IMG/VR virus record: IMGVR_UViG_3300019886_000001
Location: 1-60,975 of that record
Origin: a virus
Lineage: Duplodnaviria; Caudoviricetes
Reading direction: 5' to 3' (one strand)
DNA length: 60,975 nucleotides
Position numbers and translations under genes: made by a program. The number at the start of each line of letters is the position of its first letter. Position 1 is the first letter of the stretch. Positions 1 through 9,554 of the stretch are shown here, piece after piece. Under the pieces are notes generated by a model that was not told the origin of the DNA, did not search any database, and saw only the letters and a program-made list of their open reading frames with translations.

Positions 1-77
1 TTTGTGTCCAGGATCACACAAATTTGTTGCAACAGTTTCAGCCGGGAATTTCTGTCCGATTTTACAGAAATCTTTCG
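1..77. repeat. Exact terminal direct repeat with 60899-60975 (circular assembly overlap)
   Basis: First 77 nt are identical to the last 77 nt; 77 is a common assembler k-mer. Confidence 0.95.
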
Positions 78-140
78 CAACAGTTGTTGGCACGAATTTC
101 TGTCCAACTTTATACAAATCTGTTACATAAGTTTTCAACA
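47..140. repeat. 48-bp period tandem array, units C-D
   Basis: aatttctgtccgattttacagaaatc at 47; aatttctgtccaactttatacaaatctgttaca at 95, identical to the start of the unit at 60849. Confidence 0.9.
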
Positions 141-148
141 CACCGCAC

Positions 149-179
149 AAAAAAAGCTATTACAAATTAATGTAATAGC
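149..179 (-). terminator. Intrinsic terminator
   Basis: gctattaca/tgtaatagc stem followed by T7 on the minus strand, after gene 206-502. Confidence 0.75.
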
Positions 180-205
180 CTGTTTATAATGGTTAAAAAG
201 TGCCT

Positions 206-502
206 TTATACGTTCATTTGGGCGTTAATTAATCCCAAACTACGCTGTTTTATCACCTGATAATTTGTGTTAACCGGCTTCGCATCATTTTTTGGATATG
301 CGTAATTAACACAATTCGGTTCAGGCACCGCGACAATTGCCGGAACTATGGCCGGGAAATCATAATGGTAACTGTAACTGGTTGTTCCGGTGTGATAATG
401 CCCGATCCCGGACGCGGTGCAGTAAATAAATAGTGATGTGACCACAAGACAGACGTACTTTCCGACCCTGCCAATGTTTCTGAAGCTGAATAATTGTGCC
501 AT
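206..502 (-). CDS. Hypothetical membrane protein
   Basis: ORF with an N-terminal hydrophobic segment. Confidence 0.6.
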   Translation of the reverse strand: MAQLFSFRNIGRVGKYVCLVVTSLFIYCTASGIGHYHTGTTSYSYHYDFPAIVPAIVAVPEPNCVNYAYPKNDAKPVNTNYQVIKQRSLGLINAQMNV

Positions 503-544
503 AGTTATGTGATTTTGTTTTTAATTGAACGTAAATATAAATAC

Positions 545-901
545 TTATCTATCTGATTTAACAGAATGTTTGAAATATTTTTTAATGTCAACACCACGAA
601 CCACCACCGGCAATACTTCCCTGTAAGGTTCTACAAACTTGATTGCCCTGGGATTCATCATTTCAATTGTACCATCAGGCAGTTCAATGATGCCGTATGA
701 ATCCACTACATCAACAACATCCCTGGATTCACTTTCGTAACCCCAAGAATGAAAGAAACCTGGATGTGTAAATTCATCTTCCCACTGATTTGTTCCCGGC
801 TTTTGCTTTGCATTAGCAACACGTTCCCCTTTTGGCCATTCATTGCCCTGATCATCAACCCAAGCTATGGGGATGAATTTTTTAAATAATACTTTACGCA
901 T
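545..901 (-). CDS. Hypothetical phage protein
   Basis: ORF in a packed minus-strand run. Confidence 0.7.
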   Translation of the reverse strand: MRKVLFKKFIPIAWVDDQGNEWPKGERVANAKQKPGTNQWEDEFTHPGFFHSWGYESESRDVVDVVDSYGIIELPDGTIEMMNPRAIKFVEPYREVLPVVVRGVDIKKYFKHSVKSDR

Positions 902-912
902 GATGTTGTTTT

Positions 913-1113
913 TTAATTATCTGTGAAATTTTTATTAATGTGTGATTCTCTTAATGCCGTGCAAGCTGTATCCCTGAAGGCAGCTAACTTGCCAAGCATA
1001 TCTTGAACGTGTGAATCAGTAATATGGCAGTTGGTATAAATTACATCTTTGATGGCTTCATACTGATCACTCATTTGGCCGATGTAAGCCTGAAATTCTT
1101 TGTCGTTTAGCAT
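913..1113 (-). CDS. Hypothetical protein
   Basis: Small ORF overlapping its neighbour. Confidence 0.6.
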   Translation of the reverse strand: MLNDKEFQAYIGQMSDQYEAIKDVIYTNCHITDSHVQDMLGKLAAFRDTACTALRESHINKNFTDN

Positions 1114-1346
1114 TTTGGTATGTATTTATAGTAATTATGATCCTGTGAATTGAATATAAATCTTAGATGTGGCTTTATAGTAAGCCATTGTTTACCCGAT
1201 ATGAATAGCATGCCATCCCAACCAACGCTTTTTAAACGGTGAATGGCTATTTCTTTACCTTTAAATTCATAGGCTTTAAAATAATGATCAGTATCCAACA
1301 CAAGCTTTTTGCCTTTACTGCTTTTGTATGTAATTTCTTCTTCCAT
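1107..1346 (-). CDS. Hypothetical protein
   Basis: Small ORF in operon. Confidence 0.6.
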   Translation of the reverse strand: MEEEITYKSSKGKKLVLDTDHYFKAYEFKGKEIAIHRLKSVGWDGMLFISGKQWLTIKPHLRFIFNSQDHNYYKYIPKC

Positions 1347-1446
1347 TATTTGAAAATCTTTTTGTAAAGCTTTTTATGCTTTAATGACTGTATGTGCAAT
1401 GCCAATACTTCAAGCACTATCAACACCACTATTATGTAATATTCCA

Positions 1447-1881
1447 TCATAAATATTGTTCAAATTCAACCTTTAATGATTTGAGCATAGCCAATGTTGC
1501 ATGATCCTTTTCGCCTTCATCAGCAAGATGAACACGTTGGTAAGCTATAATCTTCCTTTCGATATGATCAATGCAGGCTTGGGTGCCCTTATCGTTTAAT
1601 TCAGTGACATTGGCAGGTTGTCTTTCGGGTGCAGGTCCATCCTGTAATTTGCCCCGCCAATAGAAGCTGATTATCTTTGCTTCACCGCCTGGTTTGAAAT
1701 CGGCAAGATGGTTGGAAGTATTTATTTGATACTTCTTTTGCCTATAATAAAAAGTAAGCACAACTTTTGTTTCCTTAATTTTTGCCTGAATACCATTTTT
1801 TAAAAGGATTATCTTAGCCATGTAACCGGCTTCTTGTGTTATCCGATCAAAGTTCTTTTTGTGAAATTCAGCACTATCCAT
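1447..1881 (-). CDS. Hypothetical protein
   Basis: Abuts the stop of the upstream gene. Confidence 0.7.
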   Translation of the reverse strand: MDSAEFHKKNFDRITQEAGYMAKIILLKNGIQAKIKETKVVLTFYYRQKKYQINTSNHLADFKPGGEAKIISFYWRGKLQDGPAPERQPANVTELNDKGTQACIDHIERKIIAYQRVHLADEGEKDHATLAMLKSLKVEFEQYL

Positions 1882-2316
1882 TTATTTTTTATGCTTAGTG
1901 TTTAAAAGGATAACCACACCAACTGAAAGTATCTTGGAAGCATTAATGACTGAACCCGGCACTTTACCGATTGATTCATCATAATAATTCTTACCACCGA
2001 TATAATTTAAATTACGGTGTGCTCCAACATTATACATTGCATCAAATAGGGCATACCTTAACAGGATGTAACTAACCGGAAACTTCCAGTTCGGTTTAAC
2101 CACAAATGGAAGTGCAATTAATGAAGCATAGGAAAGGGCACACAATGCATGCCCTGATGAATACTTCATACGTGAATTTAATCCATCCCCCAAAGCACCC
2201 GCAACAACAGAAGTGGTGATCAGTGAAATTTCTAATATAGGGTGGTTTCTTCTTGTGGTATCCTGGGCACGGCAAAGCACCGGCAACAACAGGATTATGA
2301 TGATTAGCTTTCTCAT
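1882..2316 (-). CDS. Membrane protein with signal peptide
   Basis: MRKLIIIILLLPVLCRA signal plus several hydrophobic helices. Confidence 0.7.
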   Translation of the reverse strand: MRKLIIIILLLPVLCRAQDTTRRNHPILEISLITTSVVAGALGDGLNSRMKYSSGHALCALSYASLIALPFVVKPNWKFPVSYILLRYALFDAMYNVGAHRNLNYIGGKNYYDESIGKVPGSVINASKILSVGVVILLNTKHKK

Positions 2317-2702
2317 TTTAAATCAGCTATTGGCATTTCCCAACCTATCACAATTTGATCACCAAATTCAATACCACCTGCTGAAAGGTTTTTGATCATT
2401 ATTTTGTTGGCTTCAATAGTTTGATCAGCAACCCCGCTTCTTTTGGTTAATGCAAATTCATCCCAATTGATTGAAGCCCTTACAAGTGCATAAGGTAATC
2501 CGCTTAAAGGATCAGTATAAAGGCTGTCAACCAATACCGGCTGTTTTGGTTGGTACGAACCTTTATTAAAGATGTTTCCTTTTATGTGGTATGATTTACC
2601 CACTTCAGGAACAATGTTTTCTTTCTTGCAGCTTGTTAAGTTGCTAAGACTTAGCATTGACGCAATGCATACAATGCCGAAAAAGTTTAATGGTTTTTTC
2701 AT
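2313..2702 (-). CDS. Putative lipoprotein
   Basis: Lipobox-like LTSC followed by KKE, typical of Bacteroidota lipoproteins. Confidence 0.65.
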   Translation of the reverse strand: MKKPLNFFGIVCIASMLSLSNLTSCKKENIVPEVGKSYHIKGNIFNKGSYQPKQPVLVDSLYTDPLSGLPYALVRASINWDEFALTKRSGVADQTIEANKIMIKNLSAGGIEFGDQIVIGWEMPIADLK

Positions 2703-2799
2703 TTTAGTAAGGTTTTACGGTTTTTAATTGAATAAAAAATAATTAGGAACAACGGCAATCCGATTGCTATCATTCCAATCATGGTTTGGATTTTCATTT

Positions 2800-3138
2800 T
2801 TAAATTTTTATACAGATTTTAATTAAAGATTCTATTTGATCAACAGTTATTCCGGGCTTACAAACACCTTCAAAAAAGTATTCAACTGCACCATCAAAGC
2901 CTTGCTGATCTGTTTCAGGCAGTTCTTCAAATAGTTCAAGTGATCCTTTAAATGGAATGTGATTGTTTTTTAGTACCTGAAGGGTGGTTGTTTCAACAAC
3001 ACCCATATCAATCTTCAAGGGAAGATCATTGATCAGGCAATAAATTAATTCGGCAAGCTTACTGGAAGTCACCTTTTTTTCTGAAGCATTGATAATGCTT
3101 TTGGCCTGCTGTGAAACAGACTGTTGTGTTGATGGCAT
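2800..3138 (-). CDS. Hypothetical protein
   Basis: ORF directly behind a TACATTTG/GAACTTAA promoter. Confidence 0.7.
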   Translation of the reverse strand: MPSTQQSVSQQAKSIINASEKKVTSSKLAELIYCLINDLPLKIDMGVVETTTLQVLKNNHIPFKGSLELFEELPETDQQGFDGAVEYFFEGVCKPGITVDQIESLIKICIKI

Positions 3139-3150
3139 TTGAAAATTGCA

Positions 3151-3194
3151 TTAAGTTCATTTCAAATGTAGAAACAATAATTCAAATTATCAAT
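3151..3194 (-). promoter_or_regulatory. Bacteroidota-type promoter with GAACTTAA leader motif and ATTGATAAT box
   Basis: Minus strand ATTGATAAT...TACATTTG-aaat-GAACTTAA-12nt-ATG. Confidence 0.7.
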
Positions 3195-3208
3195 AGCCGT
3201 TTATAATT

Positions 3209-3754
3209 TTATATCATACCCAAATTTGCAGCCCGCCAAAGTACAATATCCACCAAGCTTACTTTATCCCCTGTTTCTGCTGAAATAAAATTGCACATTG
3301 TGTTGCAATCAATATAACCGTGTTCTTTGGCAATCCTTACAAGATGCCGATCAGGTTTAATGCAGTCAAATCCCAAGCTTTTAGCTGCATGGTATTTTGT
3401 TATTTTACCTAAAAACGGTATTCGTTCCAAGTATTCAACCTTATCTGATACAGATGAATATTCAGCAAAAAGCTTTTCATAGTTGGCGAACATATATTTT
3501 ATTGCATTCACCTTTCCAATATGATTGAACGCTGTTGAAATATCTTTGCCTGCATCCCTGGCTTCCCTGATCCTTTTGGCTATGATACGGCAAATTTGTT
3601 CCTTCATCCCACTATTTAATATCACCCAAACTATTTCATCCCTGAATGTTTCGGCATTATCCACCGGCTGCAAATCCCTTTGCCATCTTATTTCATGCTT
3701 ATAACCTTCCCGGATTAATTCTTTTTTTATGCGTAAATAAAGATTAGCTGTCAT
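3209..3754 (-). CDS. Helix-hairpin-helix (HhH-GPD-like) DNA glycosylase-fold protein
   Basis: LERIPFLGKITKYH HhH motif followed by IKPDRHLVR with the conserved Asp. Confidence 0.6.
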   Translation of the reverse strand: MTANLYLRIKKELIREGYKHEIRWQRDLQPVDNAETFRDEIVWVILNSGMKEQICRIIAKRIREARDAGKDISTAFNHIGKVNAIKYMFANYEKLFAEYSSVSDKVEYLERIPFLGKITKYHAAKSLGFDCIKPDRHLVRIAKEHGYIDCNTMCNFISAETGDKVSLVDIVLWRAANLGMI

Positions 3755-3944
3755 TTTCTTGTGCTTTAAATGGTTTTAGCCTGGGTGCCGGTGAATTCTT
3801 TATGATGGCTGATTTTTTCAGTTCCGGCAAAAATTCCAAGTGGTAAATTATGGTTTGAAAATTATAATTCGGTTCAGGCTTTATTTTTAAGATGCGTTCA
3901 AAAGCTTTTATATCATTCATTATTAGATTGGCCATGCCGGGCAA
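3744..3944 (-). CDS. Hypothetical protein
   Basis: Small overlapping ORF in operon. Confidence 0.5.
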   Translation of the reverse strand: MPGMANLIMNDIKAFERILKIKPEPNYNFQTIIYHLEFLPELKKSAIIKNSPAPRLKPFKAQENDS

Positions 3945-4326
3945 TGTTCTTTAAGTCCTTTTGCTGAAGATCGGTAACATCGGGTTTTAATTTTCTCTGC
4001 AATTCATCAAAACAACCTTCAAGAAGAAGTTTCATTTCATCCACGCCAATCACCTGTTCATTAATATCAGCATTATCCAATACTTCAGCAACAAACTTCA
4101 GCAATATACCAAACTGCATTTCATAAGGTAAATCATGAAATTTAATTGTTTCAGGCATCTTTAAATTGAACCTTTTATTATAACCATAAATTGAAGGTGA
4201 AATAAAAATCTTTTCCCAATCAACTGCTTTTTTATATGCATCAATCCATGCATGGAATTTCACCATTGCACCTGGATACTTTTTAGTAATCAGGTTAAAG
4301 AAGTTTTCTTTGTTAAGGTTTTCCAT
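3913..4326 (-). CDS. Hypothetical protein
   Basis: ORF in operon. Confidence 0.7.
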   Translation of the reverse strand: MENLNKENFFNLITKKYPGAMVKFHAWIDAYKKAVDWEKIFISPSIYGYNKRFNLKMPETIKFHDLPYEMQFGILLKFVAEVLDNADINEQVIGVDEMKLLLEGCFDELQRKLKPDVTDLQQKDLKNIARHGQSNNE

Positions 4327-4329
4327 GAT

Positions 4330-4656
4330 CTATTTTGTTAAAAGTGCTTTAGCAGAATCAGCATAGGCATTGTATAGGCTATCATCAACCTTTGCGCCTT
4401 TTATCCAAATCTGTATCCTGTCTTTCACCTCGGGACCTGAATAATTCACTGCACTATCAGCATATAATGCTGATTGATGTTTATACGCTTTGGCAAGCAA
4501 GTAAAGCTGCATGCTTTTAGCAAAATTTTTATCTTCCTTTCGCCTTCTATCTAAATCAATTTTTGGTGTGAATATCCATGCAATGAATACCAGGAACACA
4601 ATTCCAATTATGGTTAGGCATACATAAGAAACAATTTTTGGGAAGTTAATTTTCAT
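4330..4656 (-). CDS. Membrane-anchored hypothetical protein
   Basis: N-terminal TM helix. Confidence 0.65.
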   Translation of the reverse strand: MKINFPKIVSYVCLTIIGIVFLVFIAWIFTPKIDLDRRRKEDKNFAKSMQLYLLAKAYKHQSALYADSAVNYSGPEVKDRIQIWIKGAKVDDSLYNAYADSAKALLTK

Positions 4657-4843
4657 GATTTTGGTTTTTATGGTTAATGACTATTATTTTGCCTTCAAAG
4701 TAGTATTTGGATTTGGTTCTGTCTTTCCTTCTGTAAAAAACTGTTTGATCATCCAACCTGGCTGAAAAGGATACAACCCGGCTTCTTTTATTCCAACCCA
4801 CAATAATCTTGGCACCTGGGTTATGATACTTAAATAAGAGCAT
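4646..4843 (-). CDS. Hypothetical basic protein
   Basis: Small ORF in operon. Confidence 0.5.
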   Translation of the reverse strand: MLLFKYHNPGAKIIVGWNKRSRVVSFSARLDDQTVFYRRKDRTKSKYYFEGKIIVINHKNQNHEN

Positions 4844-4886
4844 GTATAAAAAGCAGTTGCCTTTTTTAAGTACGGGTTTTAATCAT

Positions 4887-5450
4887 TTAAATCTTGGCTT
4901 TGTAATCAGCATCATTCATTCTTAAAAGCATTTTTGAAGATGCATTATGAAGCAATTCAAAAGGGGTTCTTTTAAACTTATGTGCTATATGCAAAAGAAC
5001 AAATAAAAGATCAGAAGCTTCACCCATAAGATCATTTGCAACCTGATCATTAATTGCCCATTGGCCTGTATCCTTACCTTCATATTGCTTTTTGAATGCA
5101 CCAAAAGCTTCAACAAGTTCCTGATATTCTTCTTCAAGTTTATCAAAACGGGCATCAATTGTTTTTTGCCCAATACAAGTATCTGCCATGTTCATAGCTA
5201 TCTTATAAAGGGCTTCAAACGATTTATCAAATTTAACCATTGAATCCTTCAGGCAATCTTCATAACCTGCCTGATAACTGTTTTTTGCTCTCAATGCATA
5301 ACCTTCCCTGGTAACAGAAAAGAAATCCATAATGCTTGATGAATGTTTACGTGCTTTATAAGCAATACTTTGTTGATTATCGTTCATGCCTGGTTTTATA
5401 TTGTGGTAAGTTAAAAAACTCTTTAAATATTCCCTTTCTCCAATCTTCAT
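4887..5450 (-). CDS. MazG-like nucleotide pyrophosphohydrolase (true start probably ~5387)
   Basis: KLEEEYQEL...GEASDLLFVLLHIA, the EXXE..EXXD all-alpha NTP-PPase signature. Confidence 0.7.
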   Translation of the reverse strand: MKIGEREYLKSFLTYHNIKPGMNDNQQSIAYKARKHSSSIMDFFSVTREGYALRAKNSYQAGYEDCLKDSMVKFDKSFEALYKIAMNMADTCIGQKTIDARFDKLEEEYQELVEAFGAFKKQYEGKDTGQWAINDQVANDLMGEASDLLFVLLHIAHKFKRTPFELLHNASSKMLLRMNDADYKAKI

Positions 5451-5694
5451 ACAAAGTCATTACGTTTTTAAAATTGTAATGCTTGCCTGTATCACTCCAA
5501 TATTTAAGATAATGTTGTTCATCCAGGGCAAAGCCCCCAATATCTTTTCCATTTTCAGAAATGATACTGATTCCACCTTCATGCCCGTAATTTTCATAAA
5601 CAAAACACTTGGTGCCTATCGGTTCATCCATGAATGATACTTTAAGTGTTACTATTGTTCCAACCTGAAACGTTGGCATATTTATTTTGCTCAT
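5377..5694 (-). CDS. Hypothetical protein
   Basis: ORF in operon with ATGA overlap. Confidence 0.7.
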   Translation of the reverse strand: MSKINMPTFQVGTIVTLKVSFMDEPIGTKCFVYENYGHEGGISIISENGKDIGGFALDEQHYLKYWSDTGKHYNFKNVMTLYEDWRKGIFKEFFNLPQYKTRHER

Positions 5695-6014
5695 TTTATA
5701 AATTGTTTACGTCTTTTTGAACCACCTTTTGAACCGGCCTTAACATACCAGGGCTTTTGATCTTTAGCAATTTCCAAAGGTTTTATATCCTTAACATAAT
5801 TCCCGTAAAGGCTTCTTGGGTTATTTACAATTTCTTCTTTTAACCGTTGCTGATATTCTTTATAAACGTGTTCGGGTATATGGTAACTATATTCTTCAGG
5901 TTGATAGCCAAAATATAACTTTAGAAGCCTTACAATTTTTAGAATATCTAATTCAGCATCATTGCCTGAATCCAAAATATGATTTATGATATGCAACCTA
6001 TGGCAACCGTTCAT
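5691..6014 (-). CDS. Hypothetical protein
   Basis: ATGA overlaps. Confidence 0.65.
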   Translation of the reverse strand: MNGCHRLHIINHILDSGNDAELDILKIVRLLKLYFGYQPEEYSYHIPEHVYKEYQQRLKEEIVNNPRSLYGNYVKDIKPLEIAKDQKPWYVKAGSKGGSKRRKQFIK

Positions 6015-6262
6015 ACTTTTACTTTATCAGAAATTGAAACTTCACCAACCCTTCTTCCTGCACCATCATAAATTGTTTTTCCATCCCTGCCAACAGTAAA
6101 TACCAGGGCACCTTCATGATACAATCCTATCTGTTCCCAATGTTCAGCCGGTTGTTCAGTCCAATATCCATTAAAATCACGAAATGATTTAGCCTTCTTG
6201 TGCCTGGTTTTCCCGGTTGGCTTCACTTCGTAAACTATACCATAATATTTAGTTGTTTTCAT
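6011..6262 (-). CDS. Hypothetical protein
   Basis: ATGA overlaps. Confidence 0.65.
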   Translation of the reverse strand: MKTTKYYGIVYEVKPTGKTRHKKAKSFRDFNGYWTEQPAEHWEQIGLYHEGALVFTVGRDGKTIYDGAGRRVGEVSISDKVKV

Positions 6263-6840
6263 TCTGTAATATTTAAATAATCCAAAGCTTTTTGAAGTTT
6301 TTCTTTTGGAATTAAACCCCTGAATGTATCAAAACGTTCAACAATTACAGGATAGCATTTCATTTGTGATCTGAATTCCGGGCCTTTCTGATCATACCGT
6401 GTATGACAGGAACAGTTTTTAACACCCAAGAATATTTTGTTTTGAAGATGTGAACCGACTTCAGGAAACGAATCTTTATTTTTTTCCAGGATGTGTGCAG
6501 TCATACACCTACGTTCCCAAGCATTATAAGCATCCAACAATTCCCCACATTCTTCACATCTTGAAGGGAACACCAAAGCCTGGGATGCAAAATAAATGTT
6601 CAATTCAGCTTTGGTTTTCTTTTCATCAGGTGTTAATGATTTGGCTTTGGAAGAAAGCCCGGCATACACTGGCTTAACTGGATTCAGTTCTGATTTTTTA
6701 ACTTCAATCCCACCTTCCAACCGTTCAGGTTTATCATAGATCAGAACATTGCCAAATTGCTTTTCAATCTCAACATACCAGGTTGAACCCTGATATATTA
6801 CTTCAGTACCACGTTTAAGTTTACCTGATGTTCTATTCAT
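6259..6840 (-). CDS. HNH/NinG-like zinc-binding nuclease
   Basis: CEECG...AHILEK...N...CSCHTRYD. Confidence 0.6.
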   Translation of the reverse strand: MNRTSGKLKRGTEVIYQGSTWYVEIEKQFGNVLIYDKPERLEGGIEVKKSELNPVKPVYAGLSSKAKSLTPDEKKTKAELNIYFASQALVFPSRCEECGELLDAYNAWERRCMTAHILEKNKDSFPEVGSHLQNKIFLGVKNCSCHTRYDQKGPEFRSQMKCYPVIVERFDTFRGLIPKEKLQKALDYLNITE

Positions 6841-7055
6841 AAATCCTCAACCTTAGTTATTATATTATAATGTTCGGGTGTATCTTCAAATTCAAACCCA
6901 TCAATGCAGCCCTTTAAAAGAAATCTATTATTATCCATGAAGTCTATACTTATAACCTCACATTTTTGATCATCACCGGCATTGTATCGATGAACTATAT
7001 CACCTTTTCGTTTACCATATTTTCTTGTACGGTTTTCATTTTCAAATTTCTTCAT
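6837..7055 (-). CDS. Hypothetical protein
   Basis: ATGA overlaps. Confidence 0.6.
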   Translation of the reverse strand: MKKFENENRTRKYGKRKGDIVHRYNAGDDQKCEVISIDFMDNNRFLLKGCIDGFEFEDTPEHYNIITKVEDL

Positions 7056-7474
7056 GCTTCAGCCATTTGTTCTGAATGTTCCCGTGCAGGTTCATCAGGG
7101 TTAAGTGTATAGATGTGCTTCTTTTCGGCACGTAGTTTTTTAATCAAATTCATTACCCTATGGCAATCTTCTTCTTCAAGATACAGGCAGGCATGAATAA
7201 CACCTTCTATTCGATTTACCTGTTCTTCAGCAATATCAAGTTGTATCCCTTTGGATTTGAGATCATCACCAAGCATATCAACAAATTTGCAGGTTCTTGC
7301 TTCATGGCATAATGTGGCGTTCTTTTTTGTTGTTTCACCCTTTACAGTGGTATCATACATTTCAGATAACCCAAGCAGATATTCAGCAAGCATTCGGGCT
7401 GAAATATAACTGCCTGTCATCCAGTGAAACCGTTCCAATGCAGCTTCATATTTTTTTTCTTCAGTATTTTCCAT
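7052..7474 (-). CDS. Hypothetical protein
   Basis: ORF in operon. Confidence 0.7.
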   Translation of the reverse strand: MENTEEKKYEAALERFHWMTGSYISARMLAEYLLGLSEMYDTTVKGETTKKNATLCHEARTCKFVDMLGDDLKSKGIQLDIAEEQVNRIEGVIHACLYLEEEDCHRVMNLIKKLRAEKKHIYTLNPDEPAREHSEQMAEA

Positions 7475-7476
7475 GA

Positions 7477-7683
7477 TTAAACCCTTCTATATTGGCCCAA
7501 CATATCCGCTTCAAAATCATTCCTATTGACAACGTGCCGGGATAAAACAACCGATTCAGTAACATAATGTATGCTGATATGATCTTCAACAGTTTTTATG
7601 CATTGATCACTTTGGCATACTACTATTTCCGGGTTTCCTGTTACTACAACAGAAGAACCACAAATTATGCATGATGAAATCAT
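7477..7683 (-). CDS. Small Cys-rich (zinc-finger-like) protein
   Basis: CIICG...CQSDQC. Confidence 0.55.
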   Translation of the reverse strand: MISSCIICGSSVVVTGNPEIVVCQSDQCIKTVEDHISIHYVTESVVLSRHVVNRNDFEADMLGQYRRV

Positions 7684-7796
7684 ATCTTTTTGCGTTTCAT
7701 CCAGTTATCAACACTATCATCAACTGTTGTGGAATTTGGATTGTTGGTTTGCTTATGTACCCATAGCATAACCCCTAATAGAATGATTAAAGCCAT
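7680..7796 (-). CDS. 38-aa membrane peptide (not in ORF track)
   Basis: MALIILLGVMLWVHKQ..., starts 12 nt after GAACTTAA and ends with an ATGA overlap. Confidence 0.5.
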   Translation of the reverse strand: MALIILLGVMLWVHKQTNNPNSTTVDDSVDNWMKRKKI

Positions 7797-7855
7797 AATG
7801 AATTGTTTTTAAGTTCGGTATGAAAGTATAAATAAGCATTGATAATTGCAAGCGA

Positions 7856-8575
7856 TTAATCAAATAAAGTATAAACACCTTTTTCCACCCTTAAAAAGTA
7901 TTTCTGAAGCTTTTGGCGAACCTTTGCCTGGTAATGGTTATTGTGCTTCAGCTTATCGGGTGCAATGCGTTCAACCATTTCATAAATATCATTCAGGCTT
8001 CCTTTGCCGTTCAGTTTGATCAGGGATATGGTAACAACACTTTTCCAATCCGGGCTTTGGGTAATGGTGATCACCGGCATAGCGTTCACCAAAACATGCT
8101 TCCCTTCAATTCCACTTTCGGCCAATGCATCAACATTGTTTTCACCGTATGCAATCAGAACAGAAGGTGCACCACCATTGAAATGCCCGGCAATGCCTTT
8201 GACAGTATAGAAAGTTATCCTGCCTTTAATAAATAGCATGCTCATACAGAACGGGAACACATGCTGCTGAAAGGCAACCGTTTCAGTACGGGCAAAGGTT
8301 AATGCAATACCGTTGGCATGCTGTGCAATTTTCTTCAGCCATTTGATCATTTCGCTTCCATACGGTGGGTTCATCCACACCCGGCCATTCCAGGGCAACA
8401 GAAGCCCGTTATCATTTACAGTGTAATGTTCTTTGGCTGTATTCCAGGGACGGTTGATAGGGCTGCAAGGGTCCAAATCGAATTCACCCAATGAACGAAT
8501 TATGGAAGGTGGTGTTAACCATTCATCAGTTCGCATTACTGAACTTTCATGATGCTTTGTTGCTTTCTTTGGCAT
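7856..8575 (-). CDS. Phage DNA N6-adenine methyltransferase
   Basis: DEWLTPP, FDLDPCS and VWMNPPYG motifs. Confidence 0.85.
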   Translation of the reverse strand: MPKKATKHHESSVMRTDEWLTPPSIIRSLGEFDLDPCSPINRPWNTAKEHYTVNDNGLLLPWNGRVWMNPPYGSEMIKWLKKIAQHANGIALTFARTETVAFQQHVFPFCMSMLFIKGRITFYTVKGIAGHFNGGAPSVLIAYGENNVDALAESGIEGKHVLVNAMPVITITQSPDWKSVVTISLIKLNGKGSLNDIYEMVERIAPDKLKHNNHYQAKVRQKLQKYFLRVEKGVYTLFD

Positions 8576-8576
8576 A

Positions 8577-8732
8577 TTAAAATAATTCTAATTGTTTATT
8601 AACTGGCTGAAGCTTTTGGTTTTTTATGGTTTTCTTAACTGATTGCCTGATAACTTCCTGAAGTGTTTTAAGATTATGCTTTTTTGCATATTCGTATTCT
8701 TCCCTTTTGATACGAAAAAATTCTTCAAGCAT
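8577..8732 (-). CDS. 51-aa protein ending in QLELF (not in ORF track)
   Basis: TAATG overlap with the upstream MTase; fills the gap exactly. Confidence 0.55.
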   Translation of the reverse strand: MLEEFFRIKREEYEYAKKHNLKTLQEVIRQSVKKTIKNQKLQPVNKQLELF

Positions 8733-9553
8733 TAAAATAACTTGTGTTGATATTTACAATTCGGGCTTATCCAAAGTGTTTCAATTCTTTTGATTGAACC
8801 CTTACCACCTGAAGCAACAGATGTTTTAGTTGCTTTCTGCCAACCTGTAAGCATATCATTATACAGGGTGTTATCATAACCGCTTAATACCACCATCCCT
8901 TCTAAAAGTGCCAATGACTTCAATAGCTTCACGTGCTGATCAGTATTCATTTCAAACTTGTAAATATTGGTGCTTTCCCCGGCATACCTGGTTTCAAGCT
9001 TATAGGGTGGATCAAGGTAATGCAGGGTTTTGGGCGTATCATGCTGTTTTATGACTTCAATAGCTTCACGGTTTTCAATCACCACACCCTTCATCCGTTC
9101 AATTATTGCTTCCAGGGATCTTGGGAAATTATTCCAATCATGTGCAGGTGTGGTTCCGGCCCGGTTGCTGTTGGCCCTGAATCCTGTTTTTTGTGTTGAT
9201 TGTATGCCTGAAGCAAAACCCATGAAAGAACGTATCAATGTTTTCCGGGCCAATTCAAAAGGATCACAATCAGCTATTTCATAGGATTGTTTGTATTCGG
9301 TGCTTGAATATGGTGTTAACTCCAAGAATCTGATTAGTTCCGGACCTGATTCACGTACAACCCTGAACAGATTCACCACTTCATCATCCAAATCATTGTA
9401 CACTTCACAATAGCTTCTTTTCTTTTGAAGAAGCACTGAAGCTGCACCGCCAAAAGCTTCAGTGTAAATACGGTGATCGGGGAAATGGCTGATAATCCAG
9501 GGTGCAAGCATCCACTTACCACCATGATAACGTAATATTGGCCGTGTTACCAT
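8732..9553 (-). CDS. D12-class (Dam-like) N6-adenine methyltransferase
   Basis: LRYHGGK, EAFGGAASV, EVYNDLD, YLDPPY. Confidence 0.9.
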   Translation of the reverse strand: MVTRPILRYHGGKWMLAPWIISHFPDHRIYTEAFGGAASVLLQKKRSYCEVYNDLDDEVVNLFRVVRESGPELIRFLELTPYSSTEYKQSYEIADCDPFELARKTLIRSFMGFASGIQSTQKTGFRANSNRAGTTPAHDWNNFPRSLEAIIERMKGVVIENREAIEVIKQHDTPKTLHYLDPPYKLETRYAGESTNIYKFEMNTDQHVKLLKSLALLEGMVVLSGYDNTLYNDMLTGWQKATKTSVASGGKGSIKRIETLWISPNCKYQHKLF

Positions 9554-9554
9554 T

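Noticed and set aside
1-140. 48-bp array as a canonical CRISPR array
   Set aside because: Units are similar along nearly their whole length, with no unique ~30-nt spacers, and no cas genes are present
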